The notes under the pieces: model-generated
What the model was told of the DNA's origin: nothing
Seen by the model: only the letters and a program-made list of their open reading frames with translations
The model's database searches: none
Shown here: piece by piece, positions 50,182-58,958 of the stretch
Numbering within the stretch: the stretch's first letter is position 1
How the letters are laid out: each line of letters opens with the position of its first letter
Program-made: the position numbers and the translations under genes
IMG/VR virus record: IMGVR_UViG_3300027754_000043
Direction: 5' to 3' (one strand)
From: a virus
Taxonomy: Duplodnaviria > Heunggongvirae > Uroviricota > Caudoviricetes
Length of the DNA: 64,000 nucleotides

Positions 50182-51549
50182 TTATCCAAAACTTCCGCCC
50201 ATATCTTTAAATTTTTGAGCTAAATTTTTCTTCATTATATTCTCACCACTTTTCATTACTTGAGTAGTTTGCTTACCCTGAGTTGTTTGTGGTTCGAAGA
50301 ATTGAAACTGACCATTATTAGTATTAATCTTACTAGGCAATGTAATACCATCTGGACCAAACCTATTTTTAATTACGTGACCACGACCTGTTCCTGACAT
50401 TTTATCTTCAACTTTTCTAGACAATGACATTAAAAAGTCAGCCACCATTACTTTACCATATGACGAAGCAATTTTGTCAGCTTCGATGATATCTTCTTCC
50501 AACGCTGAACGACCTGCTTGAGAAGCTGTCCACACAGGAACATTGTACTCACCTGCCATTCCTCGTAGTTCCTCATATAGTTCTTCAAGAGCTTCATGCT
50601 TATCCTTTTTAGTATTAATTTTTAGCAAATCACCATAATCCACAATTACTAATTCAGGTTGTTGTCCAAGCATTATTGTTTTTTCTAAATGAGCTTTAAG
50701 ACCCATTACGCCTACTGACTTAGTTGGGAAATACTTAACAATTAATTCACCTTTAAGTGAATCCATAGTATCTTGTACTGTATCTAAATGATGTTTTAAT
50801 GTCTGTGCATTAATACCAGTTAATACCGAGTCGTAACGTTGTCCAACATATTCTTTATTCAACTCTAATGTGTAATGTATAACCGTTTTACCAGCTTTCA
50901 CTGCATTAGCACCAATATTAATTAATAACCAAGATTTACCAATACCTGCAGGTGCCATTACTACCCCTAATTCACCTGGTGCTAAACCACCATCCATTAA
51001 ATCATCAACTACATCCCATCCTGTCGTAATAGTGCTACGAGCCGATTCGTCATAACGAGCTGAAACTGTTTTTTTATAATCTAAACCAATATCAGTGTCA
51101 GCACCTGCCTTCATAGCAGTATCTATTTTAGTTTTAATTTCATCATAGTTACCCATTTTTAATAAGTTAACTGAATCCATTATTGCTTTTTTAATCTCTT
51201 GATTCTTGCAGAAATTTAATATTTCGTGTTTCACAAATGATAAATCATCTGATTCTGTATAACGAAGTACTTCTTTTAACTGCTCTAATATAGAAGCTTT
51301 TAATATAGCTTCAGGTCCATCATCACTTAATTCAGTAATTTTAACTTTTAACACATCTTTTGATGGAGGTGTTTTATATGTAATAAAATGGTTTAAAGTA
51401 ACGTCTAATAACCAATTGTTCGCATCTGATTCAAAATACTCAGGGCGAATTATATCAGCAATTTGTTGTAAAAATATTCTATCCGAAAACATTGCTGCCA
51501 AAACTTTAACTTGAAAGCTCCAACCATATTCACTTAATTTATCTGTCAT
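50182..51549 (-). CDS. DnaB-like replicative helicase
   Basis: Walker A APAGIGKSW, Walker B IVDYGDL and the overall RecA-fold C-terminal domain layout of DnaB. Confidence 0.75.
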   Translation of the reverse strand: MTDKLSEYGWSFQVKVLAAMFSDRIFLQQIADIIRPEYFESDANNWLLDVTLNHFITYKTPPSKDVLKVKITELSDDGPEAILKASILEQLKEVLRYTESDDLSFVKHEILNFCKNQEIKKAIMDSVNLLKMGNYDEIKTKIDTAMKAGADTDIGLDYKKTVSARYDESARSTITTGWDVVDDLMDGGLAPGELGVVMAPAGIGKSWLLINIGANAVKAGKTVIHYTLELNKEYVGQRYDSVLTGINAQTLKHHLDTVQDTMDSLKGELIVKYFPTKSVGVMGLKAHLEKTIMLGQQPELVIVDYGDLLKINTKKDKHEALEELYEELRGMAGEYNVPVWTASQAGRSALEEDIIEADKIASSYGKVMVADFLMSLSRKVEDKMSGTGRGHVIKNRFGPDGITLPSKINTNNGQFQFFEPQTTQGKQTTQVMKSGENIMKKNLAQKFKDMGGSFG

Positions 51550-51585
51550 ATAACCAATATATATAATTTGTACTTAAAATCCAAA

Positions 51586-52647
51586 TTATTTATGCGTTTG
51601 TTGTGCGAATGCATTTAATGATAACCATGTTCTAGTTAACCATTCAGGCAAATTCTTCATAGTAGTCCACATTTTATCTTCCATGAATATTCTTTGAAAC
51701 TCGAGTTTATTTAATAATGGAATTGACCCATTTATAATTTGTCGGATATTCGAAGTATGTGTTGCTGATATATCCAATAACTTTAAATTCATTAATTGAT
51801 AATTCTTCTCAATGATTTCACGTGAATCTAAAATGGTTTGATATTTTTTACCAATCTTTGCCTCATTTAACAATGATTCTGATTTAGTAAATAAATCATC
51901 TGGTGTAAATTCTTGCTCATTTGCTAGCTCAGGTAAGCATTTTAATATAGTTTTGTCACCAAAACCATTTACTCCTGGTATATTATCTGAGTTATCGCCT
52001 GTAAACGTTCTATATACAACATAGTTATTTGGGTGAACCCCAAATTCGTCTACTATATCTTGAGTGTTGTACATCTTCTTTTTGATAGGCGACCAGATCT
52101 GCACAACTGGACTTACTAGTTGATAAAAATCTCTATCCGTCGATACAATTGTAATCTTTTTACTAATATCTTTATACATATCAGTAATATACATAATTGT
52201 ATCATCAGCTTCGATGCCATCAATCGAAATAAGTGTGCATGGCAAATTATCTAAATAAGAAACTAACCTGCTAAATTGATAACGCATTGCTTCTTGTTCG
52301 TCTTCAATACTAGCAAAGTGATGATCATGTCGTCTTAATCTAGTTTTATTTGCTCGGTTACCTTTATAGTCCCCATAAATCTTTTTACGACGAGCAGATC
52401 CACCTCTACCATCAAATACCACAATACATCTACTAGGTTTAAAATCTCTAATTGCTTTACCAATTGAAAATAAAAATCCTGTGATACCTCCGATATGATC
52501 TCCATCTTCGTTTGTCGACGGAGTTGCTCCAAAACTACGTATAAAAGTGTTAGTGCCGTCAAACACCATGATATGATCATTGACACTTGACGGAGCACTA
52601 TCCTTTTCTTGTTGTAATTGTTTGAATAATTGTTGATATTTATTCAT
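51586..52647 (-). CDS. 5'-3' exonuclease / flap endonuclease (PIN-5'nuclease, T4 RNase H-like)
   Basis: IMVFDGTNTFIRSF and VVFDGRGGSARRKKIYGDYKGNRA are conserved 5'-nuclease motifs. Confidence 0.75.
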   Translation of the reverse strand: MNKYQQLFKQLQQEKDSAPSSVNDHIMVFDGTNTFIRSFGATPSTNEDGDHIGGITGFLFSIGKAIRDFKPSRCIVVFDGRGGSARRKKIYGDYKGNRANKTRLRRHDHHFASIEDEQEAMRYQFSRLVSYLDNLPCTLISIDGIEADDTIMYITDMYKDISKKITIVSTDRDFYQLVSPVVQIWSPIKKKMYNTQDIVDEFGVHPNNYVVYRTFTGDNSDNIPGVNGFGDKTILKCLPELANEQEFTPDDLFTKSESLLNEAKIGKKYQTILDSREIIEKNYQLMNLKLLDISATHTSNIRQIINGSIPLLNKLEFQRIFMEDKMWTTMKNLPEWLTRTWLSLNAFAQQTHK

Positions 52648-53811
52648 CTATCCTTCTTCATCAATAACTTCATCCGTAACAATAACATCGTCTATACCAC
52701 CATCAATACCTGCTTGGTATCTGAAAATGTATGATTCGCATAATCTAGCATATAAACGATCTTTTATTTCTTTATTATCTATAACTTTTTCTACGAAGTT
52801 TTTTGATTGGAATTTAATTTCACCAAACACTTCACCTGTTTCAATATCAGTATCATCTAAGGTGTAATGAGCACCTGCTTGTTTAACTAGATCAAACTTT
52901 TTCATTATTTCTAACCATCCGCCGTAATTGTCAATACCACTATCATAGTAAATGTCATAATTTACTTTTCGGTGTGGAGGACCCATACGATTTTTCACAA
53001 CATGTACTTCTGTCTTACTACCAACAACTTGTTCAACACCATTAATTTTTGCTTTAATCATTCCGGTATTTTTTAAACGCAATCTAACCGATGCGTGGAA
53101 TGGAATTGCTTTACCACCTGATGTTGTCCATTGGTCTCCAAATGATACACCTAACTTTGTTCGTAACTGATTTGTAAATATCAAACAAATATTTTCTCGA
53201 GCAATCCAATTCGTAACTTTACGCATTGCTTTTGATAAAATGATTGATTTACTTGTTGCATAACCATCTTTGTCATATTCAGCAGCCATTTCTATCTTAG
53301 TAGAAGCACCCATTACTGAATCCACAATAATTGTAACTAATCGTTCTTTATTTGATTTACGAACTTGCTCTACTATAGTCTCAATCGTTTCAAATATTTC
53401 TTCAATTGTCTCTAATGGAACATATAACATTGTCTTTAAATCAATACCGATAGCTGACATAAATTCAGCACTTGACGCTGACTCAGTATCAATATAAACT
53501 GCTAAGCCACCTTTTTTCTGTGTCTCTGCTACTACATGTGATACTAATAATGATTTACCTGATGCTTCTAATCCGGTAACTTCAGTAATTCGACCTACTG
53601 GGAATCCTCCGTTCGGTCGATTTGAAATTGCTAAATCGAGCATATCACAACCAGATGAAATCCATTCGGATACATTACTAGGAGAATCATCATCGCCTTC
53701 TAAAAAGAATGCAGTTTTTAATGATTGCCCTTTAAACTGTTTATTGATACTTTCTGCTAATGTATTTGCTAAAGAATCTTCCAGTTCTAGTTTGCTTTTA
53801 CTCTTTGCCAT
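52648..53811 (-). CDS. RecA/UvsX-family recombinase
   Basis: GRITEVTGLEASGKSLL (Walker A), AVYIDTESA and the RecA core layout. Confidence 0.8.
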   Translation of the reverse strand: MAKSKSKLELEDSLANTLAESINKQFKGQSLKTAFFLEGDDDSPSNVSEWISSGCDMLDLAISNRPNGGFPVGRITEVTGLEASGKSLLVSHVVAETQKKGGLAVYIDTESASSAEFMSAIGIDLKTMLYVPLETIEEIFETIETIVEQVRKSNKERLVTIIVDSVMGASTKIEMAAEYDKDGYATSKSIILSKAMRKVTNWIARENICLIFTNQLRTKLGVSFGDQWTTSGGKAIPFHASVRLRLKNTGMIKAKINGVEQVVGSKTEVHVVKNRMGPPHRKVNYDIYYDSGIDNYGGWLEIMKKFDLVKQAGAHYTLDDTDIETGEVFGEIKFQSKNFVEKVIDNKEIKDRLYARLCESYIFRYQAGIDGGIDDVIVTDEVIDEEG

Positions 53812-53822
53812 TTCGTTACTCC

Positions 53823-54593
53823 TTAGTTAAATAAATCATTAAATGCATCAGCTACATTCTCAACTTTATTAGCTGGTGCTTTTGTTGTAGCTGGTTCTGA
53901 TGCGTCAGTGCTAGTGCTGTTAGATGTTTCTACATCCGCATCTGCATTCTCAGGATTCATCCATTCTTCAAGAGCTTTCTGTAACTCATCATATGATGGT
54001 TCTGGGAAAATGTCAGTGATTTCAGGTTGGTTCATGATTTTTTCAGCAATTGCTTTATCTTCAGTTGCTGGTTGTGTATTTGGCTTAACACGAATTGTCG
54101 TTTTAGGAAATCCTCCACCCTCTGCTGGTGTAAATTCTACATCAATATCACGACCATTCATTAAGTCTGTAATATCACCATAATCTGGATCTGAAATGAT
54201 TGATAACAATTCAGTGTAGATTTGTTTACCGAATCCCCAAAATTTAACACCCTCGGATTCTTTACCTCGGACGATTACCGGTACATATGTTCTCATCTTA
54301 GGTTCGATTTTACGACCCATGATCCATTCATCTTTGTCACCAGTTTTCTTTAATTTTTCTGCGAATTCTACAATTGGGTCAGTGTTGCCAAATGTGATTG
54401 GAGATAACATTGATTTTTTTGCAATGTCATAGTGAAAATATAATTCCAAGAACGGATTATCTTTTCTGTGTACATAAGGGACGATACGAACACGTGTCTT
54501 TCCAGTTTCTGGTTTCCACAAGTTGTTTTTCTTTTCGTCACTCTTGTTTAATTGGTTAAGTTTTGCTTTGATAGCATCTAAATTTAAAGCCAT
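53823..54593 (-). CDS. ssDNA-binding protein, gp32-like
   Basis: The N-terminus LWKPETGKTRVRIVPYVHRKDNPF parallels T4 gp32 ([22 protein letters not shown]), with an acidic C-terminal tail ending DAFNDLFN. Confidence 0.6.
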   Translation of the reverse strand: MALNLDAIKAKLNQLNKSDEKKNNLWKPETGKTRVRIVPYVHRKDNPFLELYFHYDIAKKSMLSPITFGNTDPIVEFAEKLKKTGDKDEWIMGRKIEPKMRTYVPVIVRGKESEGVKFWGFGKQIYTELLSIISDPDYGDITDLMNGRDIDVEFTPAEGGGFPKTTIRVKPNTQPATEDKAIAEKIMNQPEITDIFPEPSYDELQKALEEWMNPENADADVETSNSTSTDASEPATTKAPANKVENVADAFNDLFN

Positions 54594-54720
54594 AATTTTG
54601 CCTTTTGTTAAGTTATTAATTTATGTTATTTATTAATTATATTATAGATAATTAATTCTATAATTCCAAGTTATTTGTTAAGTTTTTTATTATATCTAAT
54701 ACATATATAAATATTAGTAC

Positions 54721-54748
54721 ACAAAAAAAGTAGACATTTCTGCCTACT
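54721..54748 (-). terminator. rho-independent terminator (near-identical copy of the 40143 element)
   Basis: The minus strand reads GUAGGCAGAAAUGUCUAC followed by UUUUUUUGUGU, after the stop of the 54769 gene. Confidence 0.55.
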
Positions 54749-54768
54749 CAAGTTGTATATTATTTAAT

Positions 54769-55308
54769 TTATTTCCATCTAGGATCTCTAGTTACATTAG
54801 CTTCAAGTTCAGCATCAGTGAATTCGCCAGTTTCTTTATAAGTTTGTAATGCCATTTCTGCATCATCTGGATCTTGGGCATATGACATTATAATATCTAA
54901 CATTTCATCATCAGTCAAACCATTATCAGTTCCACCATTTAAGCCATATTCTTTTCTTGCCATCACAACAACATCTTCGGCTTTCGTGTCAGCACCCGGT
55001 GCTCTCCAATATCCATCCATGGTATCCCATTGAATTGCAAAACTTTTACCTGTCTCGTTATTTTTAACGTATTGTTTTTCACCACTACTGTGTGTAGTAA
55101 AACGAGGATCATTGTTTAATTGGTCAATCAATTCATCCCATTCTGATGGAGTTGGTTCAACTGCTTGACCTTGTGGTCGGTATTCATCAGCTGCTGGATT
55201 TCTTCTACCATTACCGTAATTACCGTAATAAGATCGTTCGTTTAGATTCTTAGTACCAAATCTACGCATATTTTCAGCTAAGATATTTTCTAAATTGCGT
55301 TTTGACAT
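54769..55308 (-). CDS. leader-peptide family protein C
   Basis: N-terminus NLENILAENMRRFGTKNLNE shared with the ORFs at 39700 and 40192; divergent body. Confidence 0.5.
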   Translation of the reverse strand: MSKRNLENILAENMRRFGTKNLNERSYYGNYGNGRRNPAADEYRPQGQAVEPTPSEWDELIDQLNNDPRFTTHSSGEKQYVKNNETGKSFAIQWDTMDGYWRAPGADTKAEDVVVMARKEYGLNGGTDNGLTDDEMLDIIMSYAQDPDDAEMALQTYKETGEFTDAELEANVTRDPRWK

Positions 55309-55350
55309 ATTTTCCTAATTTTTTCTGTATTATATATAATAAATATTAGA

Positions 55351-55734
55351 TTACCAAATAATCTTCTTAAAAAATACTAAATTAATTATACGGTAACCTT
55401 CTTCGTCTGTGAGTATAAATGAATTTTGATATTGTTGCCAATCTAATTGATATGATTTATCTAATACCCCATTGTTCACTGCTCGTATAACTTCGTTTAA
55501 TGCATTAACCGTATACAATGTGTTTGTTTCTTTTTTTCGGTGTATGCTAATAGTATTCTGACCTCTTCGATTTGATTCCATTGCATTATATGTGCAATAC
55601 AATGTATTAGGTACAGTTGAATTAGCAAACACAAAGATTCTAGATTCTGGTATCTCGTAATTGTGTTGGATATAGTCTGTTATGATGTTTATATCTGATT
55701 TATGTGCAAATGTGCACAGTAATTGCGTTTTCAA
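55351..55734 (-). CDS. hypothetical protein
   Basis: 127-aa ORF. Confidence 0.4.
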   Translation of the reverse strand: MKTQLLCTFAHKSDINIITDYIQHNYEIPESRIFVFANSTVPNTLYCTYNAMESNRRGQNTISIHRKKETNTLYTVNALNEVIRAVNNGVLDKSYQLDWQQYQNSFILTDEEGYRIINLVFFKKIIW

Positions 55735-55746
55735 TTTACATGTTCC

Positions 55747-56991
55747 TTATGATTGTTGTTCTATGTATGAATAACCGTTATTTGCTGATACATTTTTCAA
55801 TACAAACCGATATCTACCCTGTGATACCGTATCAACAGCAAAATCTGCTGGCAATCCAATATGAGGTACTGGGTTTCTATAATCATACCATATTAGCCCA
55901 GCTATATTTTGAAAAAATGTAGATTTAACTCTATTTAATTCTACAATAAAATTATTAGGTTCGCGTATAAATTCATTACGAGCAACACGTTTAAACCATA
56001 TTATAACATCATTGTTGCTATCAGTTACCGGATCTCCGATTAATATATCTGCTGTATCATCAGTTCCGGCTGATTGTCGTATAGAAATAGCATCTTCATC
56101 ATCAATCCAATAAGATTCTTCATTACCATCATTATTAACTGTTAAACGAGTATCTTTAACTGATGTATCTAATTTAGTTTTATAAAATATGTCATGTAAT
56201 TCTTTGAATCCATTATACCAATTAAACATGGCAGATTTCTTCCATTCATATGATTGTAACTTGTCTAAATCAATTGCTTCAGAAAAACGTGTTTCAAATA
56301 TCATGATTAACCGTTTAAGTTGTTCATGTGAACTAGGATCTACTAAATGATGTAATTGTTGATATGGATCTCCAATTTGGTCAACTGGCAATACAATATC
56401 TTTATAAAAAGATTGTATCTTTTCGGTTAATACAAATTTCGATGCTAACCCTTCTGCTGCTGGGTCAAATTTACCACTTTTTAATTCTTTAACTTCCCAT
56501 TCACCATATGGCATCACAATATCATGCTGAGCAGTACCACCTGGTTTAGAATCAGCCACACCCAACAATACAGCAATCTCACCATTACCCATACCACCAC
56601 GTGCACCTCCTACATTCACTAAAAAGAATTTTTCAAATGCGTTGTATCCTCGTTCGACATATGATTGTATTGTATGTGCTCTATAATTTTTATCAAACTC
56701 AGCTTTTTCATTGTCTGACAATGCATCATATTGTATTTGTACTTGTTGTACAATATCTGCCGGCAATCCTATTTCTGAAAAATTGATTGATGTTGGTTGC
56801 GGTGCGTCAACAGTATCTTCTGGTTGCTCATTTATTCCACGAGCTTTTGCGACAATGTTATTTCGTTCCGTTGAGTCCAATGATGTCATTTCTAACAATA
56901 CATTATCTAAAATTTGATAATCAGAATCTGATTCAGGATATCCTTTAGGTAATCTATAAGTCCACTCGGTAAGTATTGATTTTATATTCAT
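55747..56991 (-). CDS. hypothetical protein, possible PD-(D/E)XK nuclease
   Basis: VGGARGGMGNGEIAVLLG followed by DIVMPYGEWEVKEL (D...E-x-K) suggests a restriction-endonuclease-like fold; weak. Confidence 0.3.
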   Translation of the reverse strand: MNIKSILTEWTYRLPKGYPESDSDYQILDNVLLEMTSLDSTERNNIVAKARGINEQPEDTVDAPQPTSINFSEIGLPADIVQQVQIQYDALSDNEKAEFDKNYRAHTIQSYVERGYNAFEKFFLVNVGGARGGMGNGEIAVLLGVADSKPGGTAQHDIVMPYGEWEVKELKSGKFDPAAEGLASKFVLTEKIQSFYKDIVLPVDQIGDPYQQLHHLVDPSSHEQLKRLIMIFETRFSEAIDLDKLQSYEWKKSAMFNWYNGFKELHDIFYKTKLDTSVKDTRLTVNNDGNEESYWIDDEDAISIRQSAGTDDTADILIGDPVTDSNNDVIIWFKRVARNEFIREPNNFIVELNRVKSTFFQNIAGLIWYDYRNPVPHIGLPADFAVDTVSQGRYRFVLKNVSANNGYSYIEQQS

Positions 56992-58313
56992 AACGATATA
57001 ATATTCATTTTACTATAAATATCCCCTACTTTAACTTTAACCGGAAAATTACCCGACTCTAGGATAGTCTTAATCTTAGGTAAAATTTCTCGAGCTTCTG
57101 TTAATGGGACATCAAATAAAATTGAATCATACGTGTATAAAATCATACATGTTTGTGTATCGGTTAATATTTGTTGAACTTGTTGTAATTTTTGCACTGA
57201 TACTTCTGTTTCTACTGACTGTAAATAATAATTGAATAATTTATTTGCTGTCATGTTTTTTATAGTATCAGAACTAATTGTACGATGCAATATCGGTGTT
57301 TTAATAAATCCATTGGCTTTCCATTGTCGCCACAAATCATAAATAAAATCATTTACTTGTTTAAAAAATGGAATTGATAAAAATTCAGAATCAATCCCTC
57401 CATACAATAACCGGAATGTTATTTGTTTTGCCTGATCATACTGTTCTTCTGATAATGCAGTTGTATCGAAATAAAATCTACCAAAATATTCATGCACAGA
57501 TCCATTTGGTAAATTATAACCAATTAATCTAGCAATCAGTCTTACGTGGTAGGCATCAAAATCCATTTCAACCAAAGCACCGTGATCGTGTCTGCTACAA
57601 AATGCATCACGGGTTCCATCTTCTTTGTTCATTGCAGCAAAGTTGAATCCTCGATATGCATTACTAGGTCTACCAGTTGTGGTATGATAATGATAATTAC
57701 TATAAACTCGCGTATTGCTATGAATCAAATCAGGCAATTTAAATTCTGAAGTTACATGCAATCCGTTTCGTTCAATTGCAGCAAACGTTTCTGGATATAA
57801 CTCATTGAACTGTAAATATGATTTTGTTAATTTAGAATTTATACACATTGGCCAAGCATACTTTCGTATTTTCTGACACATTGCTAAATGTTGCATTAAT
57901 GGAACAAGTGCATTAACATTGTTCAGTGTTTGATGACGTCTCCAATAAAATGTATGAGCTGTGGTATAATAATGAGTTTCATCATAGGCTTCTCCGTAAG
58001 TATACCACCAAAGTGTCTTAATATCCCATACGGTATTGTTTCCGCCCAACTGTAGCCATTGTTTCTTGTCATACACAAAGACACTTGATAACTCTAGGAA
58101 TCTGCTTAGATGTTCGGAAAAGGATATAAGTTGTTCAGTATGGCGGATAGGTACTATTCGTTCTACACCATCCTCAGTATAAACATATATACACGACACA
58201 TTATTTTGTGATACATGCAAATTAGGATCTGCTAATACCGGGACTATTAATGTTTTACGATCATGTATATATGTAAATAATGCATTTAAATCTGTTAAAT
58301 CATCTACTACCAT
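56988..58313 (-). CDS. family A DNA polymerase-like protein (palm/fingers only, divergent)
   Basis: LVEMDFDAYHVRLIARL resembles Pol I motif A (DYSQIELRILAHL). QYDQAKQITFRLLYGG resembles motif B (RxxAKxxNFGxxYG). YTYDSILFDV resembles motif C. No exonuclease domain is present. Confidence 0.4.
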   Translation of the reverse strand: MVVDDLTDLNALFTYIHDRKTLIVPVLADPNLHVSQNNVSCIYVYTEDGVERIVPIRHTEQLISFSEHLSRFLELSSVFVYDKKQWLQLGGNNTVWDIKTLWWYTYGEAYDETHYYTTAHTFYWRRHQTLNNVNALVPLMQHLAMCQKIRKYAWPMCINSKLTKSYLQFNELYPETFAAIERNGLHVTSEFKLPDLIHSNTRVYSNYHYHTTTGRPSNAYRGFNFAAMNKEDGTRDAFCSRHDHGALVEMDFDAYHVRLIARLIGYNLPNGSVHEYFGRFYFDTTALSEEQYDQAKQITFRLLYGGIDSEFLSIPFFKQVNDFIYDLWRQWKANGFIKTPILHRTISSDTIKNMTANKLFNYYLQSVETEVSVQKLQQVQQILTDTQTCMILYTYDSILFDVPLTEAREILPKIKTILESGNFPVKVKVGDIYSKMNIISL

Positions 58314-58352
58314 ACAACATAATTATATGAATAATAAATTAATAAACCAAAT

Positions 58353-58958
58353 TTATGCGTTAATATCTTTTGGAGTTGCGATATCGGTATTCAAATAAAA
58401 TTCTGAATAATTAGTTAACACATTTATCATACCAGGTAGTCGCTGTTCTGCTGCAATCGTAGTTAATCGGTTTTTTGTTATAACACCTCTATTAAATACA
58501 CTATTAATATAAGTATCAGTTAATTCTCCAGAAATTGCCCAATCAATATATATTGCATCATATATTACTGGATCTATTTTATCTGGATAAAGATCGAACT
58601 GGGTTTTATCAATTTCGATAATTCGAGAATCATTGTTCTTTTTAACAAAGTATCTATTAAATGACCCACGTTTCATATCATCAGCAGTTGGTGATACTAC
58701 AACAGCATATGGTTCTTTAAAATTAATATTTAATTGTTTTAAAGAATTATATATTGTGCTAGTAGCAGTTATATTTTTATATGGAACTAATTTTTGAGAT
58801 ATTTTTGCATTCCATATTTCTCCAGTATATATTTCATTTGTTATGTAACGATGATATAATCCAACATATTCAACGCCATCTTCAGACATCCATTCCGAAC
58901 CAGATGTATATAAATTAGTTGTTATCTCATCAACTGTATAGTATAATTTTTGTCTCAT
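58353..58958 (-). CDS. hypothetical protein
   Basis: 201-aa ORF. Confidence 0.4.
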   Translation of the reverse strand: MRQKLYYTVDEITTNLYTSGSEWMSEDGVEYVGLYHRYITNEIYTGEIWNAKISQKLVPYKNITATSTIYNSLKQLNINFKEPYAVVVSPTADDMKRGSFNRYFVKKNNDSRIIEIDKTQFDLYPDKIDPVIYDAIYIDWAISGELTDTYINSVFNRGVITKNRLTTIAAEQRLPGMINVLTNYSEFYLNTDIATPKDINA

